Shown: positions 27,610 through 35,358 of the stretch, in pieces
Position numbering within the stretch: the first letter of the stretch is position 1
Layout of the letters: each line of letters opens with the position of its first letter
Assembly (NCBI GenBank): GCA_023229045.1
Contig: JALOAB010000002.1
Span: 1-44,514 of the forward strand
DNA: 44,514 nucleotides
Origin: Fidelibacterota bacterium
GTDB lineage: Bacteria; Fidelibacterota; UBA2242
Direction: 5' to 3'
Notes under the pieces: model-generated
Seen by the model: only the letters and a program-made list of their open reading frames with translations
Databases searched by the model: none
What the model was told of the DNA's origin: nothing
Program-made: the position numbers and the translations under genes

Positions 27610-29856
27610 ATGACCAAGAAAATGATTTTGGTTTTTGTTTTGATGCTGGCAACTGCCTCTTTCGGAGTATCTTTTACACGAAGCACAACTGCCTATCTTG
27701 GCAAAACTTTATATGATATTAATGCACCTCGAATTGAGAAGATGTACATTCCATCTGCCACAGACGGTCAATTTAGAACCAGTGAAGGCGGGGCAGGCGT
27801 AACAGTCTGGCCGCAAGGTGTATATGACGAAATAATGTATGGGGTAGGCTCAAACGGGTATTTGTATTCTTCGGAAGATGGTTATACTTGGACGGCAATC
27901 AATACCAGTCCTACAATTAACGGACTTCACGTTATGGCTAACGGCGGCCTAATTGCTGTAAAAAATTCTGCCGGTTCATCGACAAAAATTTACAAGGCTT
28001 CTGTGGCCACAGGCGAACTTGTTTTTGACGGTAATGAAATAGATTTCGGAGCAACTACAAAGGCTACTGTTCTGGACTGGTCAATTACTTCAAATGACAA
28101 TACTGTTTTGATATGCGAGTACGCCAAAGTTCCGGCTGATGTAAACGGCGGGAGATATATATTTCGTTCTGCCGATAGCGGGGCGACTTGGGACACCGTA
28201 GTCGATGCTAATGACTATGTGGCTGGCGGTGTTAATCACTGGCACGTTGTGGGTTATCATAGCGGGTCAAGCCGGTTCGTAGCGTTCTCAGGTGATGGCA
28301 ATACTAATAGACTCGCTTTGTATTCTGATGATGACGGAGTTACTTGGCAGCAGATACCAAATACAGTAACAGGAAATTTTTACGCCCAACCGGTCGCTTT
28401 ATATGATGACGGCGACCCTAACATTATGTACTTTGCAGATGACGGTTATTATACAAGCGGGTGGATTAATATAGTAACCGGCGAGTATGGCAGGCACGGC
28501 AATATCTTTTCAGATTTGTCCAGCGTTAAAACCTATGCTTGGACAATCTGCAAAGTTGACGATATATGGTATTCTGGCGGATATGATGATTCCGGTAGCA
28601 ATCGCTATCCGTGTATTAGGGTATCTCCTGACGGTGAGAATTGGACTGTCTATCACCAGTTTGCAGAAGCCGACAATACTAATGGAATGTTCCATTTCGC
28701 CGGTGTTATACCAGACTCTAACGGAAATGACAAATTACATTTTAAGGCAATGTCATCTTCGTTTCAGCATTTTGTCATTAGTCCCGCAGAAATAACAGAG
28801 GCTAATGGCATTGTAGTAATGCCAGAAACGTCTAATCTATTCTTATCCATTGCCAATTCTACTATTGATACCGGCACTTCACCATATAACTGGAGTACGG
28901 CATCGTCATTAACAGTAGCAAGAGAAACAAGTACGGCAACGGATATATACTTGGGGGCAGGGGCGTTAAAAGTTACCGGCGGTGATTCTAACCCAGCGAA
29001 CCTCGATTTCACTTCGCCTATTGTTGATGCAACTAACGGCCAGACGTTTATTGGCAGGGCAAGATTAAAAGCAAATACCCCTGTCGATGTGGATATAACA
29101 TGGGCAAGAAGGACAGGGGCTTCGACTTGGACTAAGGTATCAAGTACAACACAGACGGCAAGACTCGATAAAGAGTTCCGAAGTTTTGAGACTTTGCCGT
29201 TTACAATAAGTTCTGCTGACTGGAATGGTGTGAGGATGTATTTTACAATTAAACAAGGCAGTACCGCTGCTCAAATATTTCTTGACAATCCGATGATAGT
29301 CCTTGCTCCGCATAGGTTGTGGGTGAACAATGATGTCGCCTCGCCTGTCACAGCAGCAGCAGACAGGCTAAGTTATAGCTATAATACCCTTTCAAGTTGT
29401 AGCGACTCGTTCTACGTCAAACCGCTATCCAGCAGTGCAAACTATGCGGGCAGTGGTAATAGGTACATAAAAACTTGGTACAAAGATTCGGATAATTACA
29501 TATCGTTATACTACAGCCCTACAGACGGTAAATTCAAACTTCAGCGTACAATCGCCGGAGATATAAAAACCGCCGCTGAATCCGCTGTAGCTGTTTGGCA
29601 GCCTCAGAATATATTCAAGATTACATTTACGAGCAGTTCAGAAAGTGCTGCGGCTGAAATTGTTATAGGCGGTAAAACTTTTACTGTAACTGATTCGTCA
29701 ATTGGGGCGATAAACAATACCACGATAACGGGTATTGTTGGCGAACCATCCTATGTAAATATGTTCCCCTGTACTTATGCAGAAGGAGAATTTATTAGTC
29801 AAGGTAATGGGGAATTTCAACGCGGCAGGCGTGATGGTGCAAGGTCAAGATACTAA
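27610..29856 (+). CDS. BNR/Asp-box beta-propeller (sialidase-like) plus carbohydrate-binding-like protein; tailspike/depolymerase candidate
   Basis: Leader MTKKMILVFVLMLATASFG. Four SxDxGxTW-type boxes: SSEDGYTW, SADSGATW, SDDDGVTW, SPDGENW. AAAGGAA RBS. Confidence 0.65.
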   Translation: MTKKMILVFVLMLATASFGVSFTRSTTAYLGKTLYDINAPRIEKMYIPSATDGQFRTSEGGAGVTVWPQGVYDEIMYGVGSNGYLYSSEDGYTWTAINTSPTINGLHVMANGGLIAVKNSAGSSTKIYKASVATGELVFDGNEIDFGATTKATVLDWSITSNDNTVLICEYAKVPADVNGGRYIFRSADSGATWDTVVDANDYVAGGVNHWHVVGYHSGSSRFVAFSGDGNTNRLALYSDDDGVTWQQIPNTVTGNFYAQPVALYDDGDPNIMYFADDGYYTSGWINIVTGEYGRHGNIFSDLSSVKTYAWTICKVDDIWYSGGYDDSGSNRYPCIRVSPDGENWTVYHQFAEADNTNGMFHFAGVIPDSNGNDKLHFKAMSSSFQHFVISPAEITEANGIVVMPETSNLFLSIANSTIDTGTSPYNWSTASSLTVARETSTATDIYLGAGALKVTGGDSNPANLDFTSPIVDATNGQTFIGRARLKANTPVDVDITWARRTGASTWTKVSSTTQTARLDKEFRSFETLPFTISSADWNGVRMYFTIKQGSTAAQIFLDNPMIVLAPHRLWVNNDVASPVTAAADRLSYSYNTLSSCSDSFYVKPLSSSANYAGSGNRYIKTWYKDSDNYISLYYSPTDGKFKLQRTIAGDIKTAAESAVAVWQPQNIFKITFTSSSESAAAEIVIGGKTFTVTDSSIGAINNTTITGIVGEPSYVNMFPCTYAEGEFISQGNGEFQRGRRDGARSRY

Positions 29857-29884
29857 GTCATTTTCTTTTCTCTTCTTCCCTCCG

Positions 29885-29912
29885 AAGCCACTCTCAATGG
29901 GTGGCTTTTTTT
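29885..29912 (+). terminator. Intrinsic terminator ending the rightward arm (convergence point)
   Basis: AAGCCAC-TCTCAATGG-GTGGCTT followed by a T run. Confidence 0.7.
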
Positions 29913-30076
29913 AATAGTCTATTTGCCCGCCCGATAAGCTCATCTGCCAGTCTTGATGTTGGCGTACTAACTTCTCTGGGAAGCGTGCAGTCGTTATCGG
30001 GGTTAGTACCTTTGCCCTTATCTGAACTGCGTTCTCTGTTGAGGATATTTCTTACCGGATAGTGTTCGTCAGTCAT
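29894..30076 (-). CDS. Hypothetical protein (60 aa), last leftward ORF
   Basis: ORF track. Its ATG overlaps the TGA that ends the post-TAG extension. Its 3' end overlaps the convergent terminator. Confidence 0.35.
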   Translation of the reverse strand: MTDEHYPVRNILNRERSSDKGKGTNPDNDCTLPREVSTPTSRLADELIGRANRLLKKATH

Positions 30077-30207
30077 TTGGGGGCTTTCTTTGCTTGCTCA
30101 AGCTCGTCTTTAAGTTGTTCAATCTGTAAGGCCATTGCTTCGTTATCCGCTATAATCTGCGTTACAGGTACGTTGCCAGCCTTATAGGTAGCAAGCTCTT
30201 TTTCAAG
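30073..30207 (-). other. In-frame 44-codon extension following the TAG stop of 30208-30849
   Basis: Same frame after TAG: LEKELATYKAGNVPVTQIIADNEAMALQIEQLKDELEQAKKAPK*. It repeats the preceding LQAELAEFRAYNEGDNAIVVIE unit. Confidence 0.4.
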
Positions 30208-30849
30208 CTACTCGATAACTACAATAGCATTGTCGCCCTCATTGTAGGCTCGAAATTCGGCAAGCTCGGCCTGTAACTTCTTGTTTTCTTCCTGCAATCT
30301 TCCAGTTATATCCCCCGCTTGAAAACAGCTTTTTCTTAAACCCTCGTTCTCAGCCTCAAGCTGCTGAATACGCTGCTGTTGGCATTGTATTTTGCACACT
30401 ATCTCTTCTTTTGCTTTATCAAGTACGCAGTTTGAGCCGCTGCATAAAAATATATCATTAACGCCTAACAAGGAGCAAAGAGGTTTTAAAATATCTTGGT
30501 ATTTTCCAACCAAATGTTTAGCTCCTTTATAATGAGACTCAAGATGCTTGATATATAAATCATCTTTCCGTTTTGTTTCTGTAATCTCTTCGGTCAGGTG
30601 GTCGATGATGTCGCAGGCTTGTATTAAATCTTTGTTGAAGGGAGACACAAAACCTTCTAACTCTCTTTTGTAAAACAGCTCGGCTCTGACCCTTTTCGTA
30701 AACTCTCCCTGCTCTGAATCCGAAGGGGGTTGTTCTTGCTTGAGAAGGGCAAGGGCTTCTGACAGTCTTTTTTGGTCAGCCATATAAAGTCGTTCGTTAC
30801 TACTAATTTGCTCAAGTTTTTCTATCGCCTGCTTTACGCTATCGTTCAT
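30208..30849 (-). CDS. Coiled-coil protein (213 aa), unknown function
   Basis: ORF track. AAGGAACAGGAAA upstream. Heptad-rich N- and C-termini. Confidence 0.6.
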   Translation of the reverse strand: MNDSVKQAIEKLEQISSNERLYMADQKRLSEALALLKQEQPPSDSEQGEFTKRVRAELFYKRELEGFVSPFNKDLIQACDIIDHLTEEITETKRKDDLYIKHLESHYKGAKHLVGKYQDILKPLCSLLGVNDIFLCSGSNCVLDKAKEEIVCKIQCQQQRIQQLEAENEGLRKSCFQAGDITGRLQEENKKLQAELAEFRAYNEGDNAIVVIE

Positions 30850-31003
30850 TTTCCTGTTCCTTAAAAACTGTTGAATTACTTAAATAAAACTTCTTATTAC
30901 AAGCCTCGTCCTCGTCAGTTCTCGGCTGATTAAAATACGGGCTTAATTCGTTCCGGCATACGCCGTCTAATCGGCAGATACAGTCTTGGCATTTGGGGGT
31001 CAT
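30839..31003 (-). CDS. Cys-rich 54-aa protein (below the track cut-off)
   Basis: MTPKCQDCICRLDGVCRNELSPYFNQPRTDEDEACNKKF... ATGA overlap with the upstream stop, and overlaps the next start. Confidence 0.5.
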   Translation of the reverse strand: MTPKCQDCICRLDGVCRNELSPYFNQPRTDEDEACNKKFYLSNSTVFKEQENER

Positions 31004-31254
31004 CTGATTTGACTCCAATCTTTTAACATTCTAATCAGCTTTTCAGCACAGCCATAACATATTCTTTTGTCCTTGAAAATATTCCCGCGAAAATTACAGA
31101 TAACGATTGCTTTTTCCCCACATTCATCACAAACATCACAGGCATCAAATTTGCCTTTAGGTTTAGATATTTTTCTATGGCCTTTTCTGTGTCGAGTCTT
31201 GCAGGTATATCCCTCGTGAAGCTTACCACATTTTTCACACAGCACGGTTCTCAT
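31000..31254 (-). CDS. Zn-ribbon protein (84 aa)
   Basis: CEKCGK..H..C, CDVCDEC and CYGC pairs. ATGA overlap upstream. Confidence 0.6.
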   Translation of the reverse strand: MRTVLCEKCGKLHEGYTCKTRHRKGHRKISKPKGKFDACDVCDECGEKAIVICNFRGNIFKDKRICYGCAEKLIRMLKDWSQIR

Positions 31255-31808
31255 TTGAAACTCACTAACGGTTTTATTATATAACGGTTTCTTAATAGTT
31301 TACTTAACCTTCTCGGCGATATTCTTACTTCGCGCTTAAGTAATTTTTTGACAAGGAACAGGAAGAAAGCGACTATTTCTGAGCAGTACCATTTATTCTT
31401 ATCCTGAACCGGCCAAGGCCAGAAGAAACCGAATATGCCTTTATGGTCGTAGGGTTTGCCGATTTCCGACCAAATCGTATCTTTGGCCTTATAGAACAAA
31501 TCATCTTCTACTTCCATTTCCAGACAGTCCCATCGGTCAGGGTGCTTTAGGACTTCATCGGTAGGGGCTACCCTAACGCCCTTCCATTGCCCTCTTGTCG
31601 TAGATGAGAAACATTCGCCGACATAGTACGCATTACCTGAATCGCTCACAATTTCAAAACTACCGTAGTCGTCCGGCCACCATACTTCAACGTGGCTGTA
31701 ACCTTCTGTGCCCCAATTACAGGGCAATACCCCTGTATAGATACTTATGGCATCATCGAGTAGTTTGCCGTCAACTTTGGCTTTATAGAATAATACCCTT
31801 ATTTTCAT
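31251..31808 (-). CDS. Permuted papain-fold (YiiX/C92, NlpC/P60-like) protein, tentative
   Basis: His block GYSHVEVWW lies N-terminal to Cys block KWYCSEIVAFF, the order and CSE(L/I)V motif I recall for YiiX-like enzymes. Strong AAGGAG RBS. Confidence 0.4.
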   Translation of the reverse strand: MKIRVLFYKAKVDGKLLDDAISIYTGVLPCNWGTEGYSHVEVWWPDDYGSFEIVSDSGNAYYVGECFSSTTRGQWKGVRVAPTDEVLKHPDRWDCLEMEVEDDLFYKAKDTIWSEIGKPYDHKGIFGFFWPWPVQDKNKWYCSEIVAFFLFLVKKLLKREVRISPRRLSKLLRNRYIIKPLVSFK

Positions 31809-31960
31809 TTGTCAGTCTCCTTATTAAGCCACTGCCGTCCTATTACATCAACCTCAACAGAGTGCTTTACGTTGACACTCTGGAATTTGAATAAAGCTGT
31901 TATGGCTATTATGGTTATCGCAGCGGCTATTACTATTGTGATTGTTACAGAGGGCTTCAT
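31805..31960 (-). CDS. Single-pass membrane protein (51 aa, below the track cut-off)
   Basis: MKPSVTITIVIAAAITIIAITALFKF.. AAAGG upstream. ATGA overlap with the next gene. The + strand ORF 31809-32018 is its shadow. Confidence 0.55.
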   Translation of the reverse strand: MKPSVTITIVIAAAITIIAITALFKFQSVNVKHSVEVDVIGRQWLNKETDK

Positions 31961-31991
31961 TGGTTTACCTTTAATCGCTGATTACGCTGAT

Positions 31992-32432
31992 TCAAAATTC
32001 GATATAACCTTTTTCTAATAACTCTTTCAAGGTTTCAAAATCTGACCATCTGATTAAAGCGTCTGAAAATCCATACATAACATCAAAATCACCTTTGGGA
32101 AAATCGCCGATGATATATAATTTTTTGCCCTTACCTACTGCATATCCGCCCTCTAAATGTGATGATTTACTGCAAGGCAAAACCATTACGACAACATCAG
32201 CCCAATCAATCCATTTTTTATCTTCGGCAAAAGCCTTCTTGCCTTGCTCGCTGTTTACCATTTTGATAGCGTCTATATTTTCAGGGCTATCGAGTTCTGA
32301 CCAGTGAAACACAAACCGACCAGTACTATCATCACAAAACAAATCAACTTCGTGTCCCCACTGGCGAATTGTCTTTGCTATATCCATACAAATATCACAG
32401 TTTTTCCAAGATGAAGCTATATATACTTTCAT
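31992..32432 (-). CDS. Nucleoside 2-deoxyribosyltransferase-like protein (146 aa)
   Basis: Start at MKVYIASSWKN (GGTGA RBS). WADVVVMVLPCSKSSHLEGGYAVGKGKKLYI matches the Rossmann-like NDT/DNPH1 pattern with a conserved Glu. Confidence 0.55.
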   Translation of the reverse strand: MKVYIASSWKNCDICMDIAKTIRQWGHEVDLFCDDSTGRFVFHWSELDSPENIDAIKMVNSEQGKKAFAEDKKWIDWADVVVMVLPCSKSSHLEGGYAVGKGKKLYIIGDFPKGDFDVMYGFSDALIRWSDFETLKELLEKGYIEF

Positions 32433-32436
32433 TCTT

Positions 32437-32889
32437 TCACCTTTCAAATAACGCCTTCTGGTTTTTCTTGTGCCAACGCCATAACGCCTTTTTATTTCTG
32501 TTAAAATAAGGGGCATAATTTAATGATGATTCCCTAATCTCGACTATGCCGTTATCAGCCACGCTCAATAAGCCAATGCCCTGTTCCATAAATTTATAAC
32601 AAGTTTCGAGTTTTATTTTATCGACTATGACTTTTGGCATTGCTGCGTAAACTTGATTTGCGTATCTTCGGTGATTGCGGCATTGCATAAGCACACCTTG
32701 AAAGTCCCTGATTTTCAACTCAATGGCAAATACACGCGCAAGCTTAGGTATGCGCCTGCTTGTTTGTGGGTAAAACTCAAAGCCGACTACATCACAGTTA
32801 TTCATCGACCAACATTCGTGGGCAACTTCAAGACCTTGGTCAGCAAGCCACTTTATAATATGCAACCGTAAATCCTTTTCCGTTGTCAT
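32437..32889 (-). CDS. PD-(D/E)xK nuclease, MmcB-like
   Basis: CDVVGFEF...FAIELKIRDFQGVLMQCRNHRRYANQVYAAMP resembles the D...E(I/L)K..DF......Y....Y.A.P signature of MmcB-type proteins (from memory). Confidence 0.5.
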   Translation of the reverse strand: MTTEKDLRLHIIKWLADQGLEVAHECWSMNNCDVVGFEFYPQTSRRIPKLARVFAIELKIRDFQGVLMQCRNHRRYANQVYAAMPKVIVDKIKLETCYKFMEQGIGLLSVADNGIVEIRESSLNYAPYFNRNKKALWRWHKKNQKALFER

Positions 32890-34415
32890 TACTTCACCTC
32901 AAACAGAGCCTTCTGGCCCTGACGCTGTTCCTTTACTGGTACGCCGGTAGATACTTCGGTTAGCCTTGTGGACGCAACATCGGTTATATACTTTGGGTTT
33001 AATTCTATGCAGACATACTTTCGGCCTAACTGAGCTGCTACCTTACCTGTGGTGCAACTTCCCCCGAAGCAATCTAAAACAATTCCATCTTTCGGGCAGC
33101 CCGCTAAAATGCAGGGCGTTACTAATTCTTCTGGATATACAGCAAAATGTACACCATTGCCAGTATCAACAGCTATATTCCAGACTGAACGGCGGTTGCG
33201 CTTTTCGTAAGTTTTGCCAAGTATCTCATTATTGCCAGAATGAATTGTGTTGCCATCAGCGTTGGGAATTGCACCGGAACCGTAAATTGCAACCCGACCC
33301 CGAAATCTTCTACCTGAATAGCTTTCCTCATCAACAGAATCTTCTTTTATGGCCTCGTGGTCATAAAAATACTTAGCCGACTTAGACAGTAGGAAAATAT
33401 ACTCGTGAGACTTGGTGCATCTATCCGTAACACTTTCCGGCATAGGATTGTTTTTTGACCATATTATGTCTTGTCGTAACCAATATCCTTGTTCGTACAT
33501 TGTTTTGGGTTCATCAAAATCAATAATGGCTTGCTGTCCGTTATGTAGTGCCATTAAAGATTGGTGGGCTTTTTCGGCTTTATCTCCTGACGATGGACAC
33601 CCCAAGAGTAATCTGGCTTCTTGTTTTTTGCCAACAAGATAAGGATATATCTCTTGAACAACTTCTCTGCATTGATTTGACCGTAAGTTCCATCTATACA
33701 GAGGTATGTTGCGTTTCTTTAATTTAGTTTCTCGTTCAACACAACATATACTACCCATACCTGTTATTACTAAACATCGTTTCACAATAGATTCGTGTGT
33801 ATTTGCGACCTCAAGACCAGCCCCATAACTATCATTTCTTCTGATATATCCTTGTCCATTGCTTTGGCCTGTCTTTCGCTTATGGATAAACATACACCCT
33901 TCACCATCTATCATTGCTGCCAACCATATTCTGTCGGCCTCATTTTTAATCTTGCCAATATAATATGGTTGTTGTAATGCCTTTGCCACAGCCCAAGGAA
34001 TACCACAGAGGTCTTTAGGTTTGAGTCCCATCGGGCAACCTGTTCTTGCTTGATACCCTTTGCTAAGTTTGCCGTGTTTCCAACCAGTGTCATCATCTTT
34101 AGTGCCAACGGCGTGTTGTGTGGCATAGCTATCCCCTAAATTCAGCCACAGCGTTCCTTCTTTTTTCAGAACCCTTTTAACTTCCCTGAAAACATTGACC
34201 AGATTATTGACGTATTCCTCCGGTGTTTTTTCTAATCCTATCTGGCCGTCAATGCCATAATCTCTTAATCCCCAGTACGGCGGACTGGTAACTACGCAGG
34301 ATATAGAATTATCAGGAAAGCCCCTTAATACGTCCAGAGCATTGCCGCAGATAACCATTCCGCTATCGTCCCTGTAAACTACCTCGCCGCTATTAAATTG
34401 GGTCTGCCAGTTCAT
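32889..34415 (-). CDS. Beta-class N4/N6 DNA methyltransferase interrupted by a LAGLIDADG-like domain
   Basis: Motif IV VVTSPPYWG, DLCGIPWAVAKAL, then an insert of about 160 aa (WLAAMIDGEGCMFI...), then GYWLRQDIIWSKNNPMPES and SHEYIFLLSKS, and motif I VLDCFGGSCTTG. The start at MNWQTQF (GAAGG 10 nt upstream) is preferred over the track start at 34463. Confidence 0.8.
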   Translation of the reverse strand: MNWQTQFNSGEVVYRDDSGMVICGNALDVLRGFPDNSISCVVTSPPYWGLRDYGIDGQIGLEKTPEEYVNNLVNVFREVKRVLKKEGTLWLNLGDSYATQHAVGTKDDDTGWKHGKLSKGYQARTGCPMGLKPKDLCGIPWAVAKALQQPYYIGKIKNEADRIWLAAMIDGEGCMFIHKRKTGQSNGQGYIRRNDSYGAGLEVANTHESIVKRCLVITGMGSICCVERETKLKKRNIPLYRWNLRSNQCREVVQEIYPYLVGKKQEARLLLGCPSSGDKAEKAHQSLMALHNGQQAIIDFDEPKTMYEQGYWLRQDIIWSKNNPMPESVTDRCTKSHEYIFLLSKSAKYFYDHEAIKEDSVDEESYSGRRFRGRVAIYGSGAIPNADGNTIHSGNNEILGKTYEKRNRRSVWNIAVDTGNGVHFAVYPEELVTPCILAGCPKDGIVLDCFGGSCTTGKVAAQLGRKYVCIELNPKYITDVASTRLTEVSTGVPVKEQRQGQKALFEVK

Positions 34416-34434
34416 TACTTTAACCTTCGTTCCT

Positions 34435-35325
34435 TTAACACCCGAAATTATCGCTCTCTGCATACTCCATCTGGAGCATTACCGTTAAATCGTCAATCCA
34501 CTTCTGCAATAAAGCGTGATAGGATATACAGCCCCAACCATCATCGCCCCATTCCTCTCCCCAGCTATTCGGGAATATGAAAGCACCTTTTGTATGAACA
34601 TTTGTCTTGGTGTTGCAGATTACCTTATTATCGTCATAGTCCATCAAGGAAACTTCGTGCAGGCCAAGTAATGTGTCAGACGGCAATGGTACTGGTATTG
34701 CGCCGGGGCTATCCCCCAACTCCATAGACGACCTTATCTGTATGGCCGCTGCGACTGGTATGCCGTCCGCAATATACTCTTTAGCCTTTTGAAGCAGGGA
34801 TTGGCGGTTTATTTTAGGCGGGTCAAGCCTAAACCATTTTAGGGATTCATAGTTATCCGCTACGGCCAACTGCATAGCTGTTAATTCCTCGTCAAACCGG
34901 TTGTTATTGTCGTGGTGGTATTTTAGTTCAAGTGCCCCGAATTTCCTTTGTGCGTCCCTTGAGGCCGAGCCTGTCGAGCCTGTATCACCCGTGAGATTCA
35001 ACAGCCATCGGGAACATTTATAATTAAAAAGTGCCGAAGCGTGGAAGTCTTTGCCTTTTGTCCGCTTAATGAAATACCCCGTGTCGTAATACATCGTCCG
35101 TCCGGTACAAGAGCCTAACTCTCTTTGGTTGACTATCGGAGGGCAATAGACCCTATTCTTTGTCTTAGTAGGAATAGACTTACCGAATGGCAGTTTAAAC
35201 TTGGAAAGCATATCCGGCACAGAAACTTTTTTTGGTATAACAGTTTGCTCGGTATAATCATCTTCTGTCCGCACGTCAGGTTTTCTGCCCAGTCCTACCT
35301 TTTGTCCGTTAGATAATGTAATCAT
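34435..35325 (-). CDS. Papain-family (C1) cysteine peptidase
   Basis: All catalytic blocks present: VNQRELGSCTG (Gln, Cys), GLHEVSLMDYDD (His), FPNSWGEEWGDDGWG (Asn-Ser-Trp). Confidence 0.75.
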   Translation of the reverse strand: MITLSNGQKVGLGRKPDVRTEDDYTEQTVIPKKVSVPDMLSKFKLPFGKSIPTKTKNRVYCPPIVNQRELGSCTGRTMYYDTGYFIKRTKGKDFHASALFNYKCSRWLLNLTGDTGSTGSASRDAQRKFGALELKYHHDNNNRFDEELTAMQLAVADNYESLKWFRLDPPKINRQSLLQKAKEYIADGIPVAAAIQIRSSMELGDSPGAIPVPLPSDTLLGLHEVSLMDYDDNKVICNTKTNVHTKGAFIFPNSWGEEWGDDGWGCISYHALLQKWIDDLTVMLQMEYAESDNFGC

Positions 35326-35358
35326 TTTATTTTCCTGTTATCTTATGTATTATTCCCA

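Noticed and set aside
31809-32018. + strand ORFs in the leftward arm (31809-32018, 43652-43885, 35391-35615, 36398-36580 and others).
   Set aside because: Each overlaps a better-supported leftward gene or small ORF with an SD and start/stop coupling, and the + ORFs have no SD. 31809-32018 mirrors the 51-aa membrane gene.
32889-34415. Intein interpretation of the insert in the methyltransferase.
   Set aside because: The insert (about 160 aa) is too short for Hint splicing blocks plus an endonuclease. I see neither a nucleophile at its first residue nor a His-Asn plus Cys/Ser/Thr C-terminal junction.
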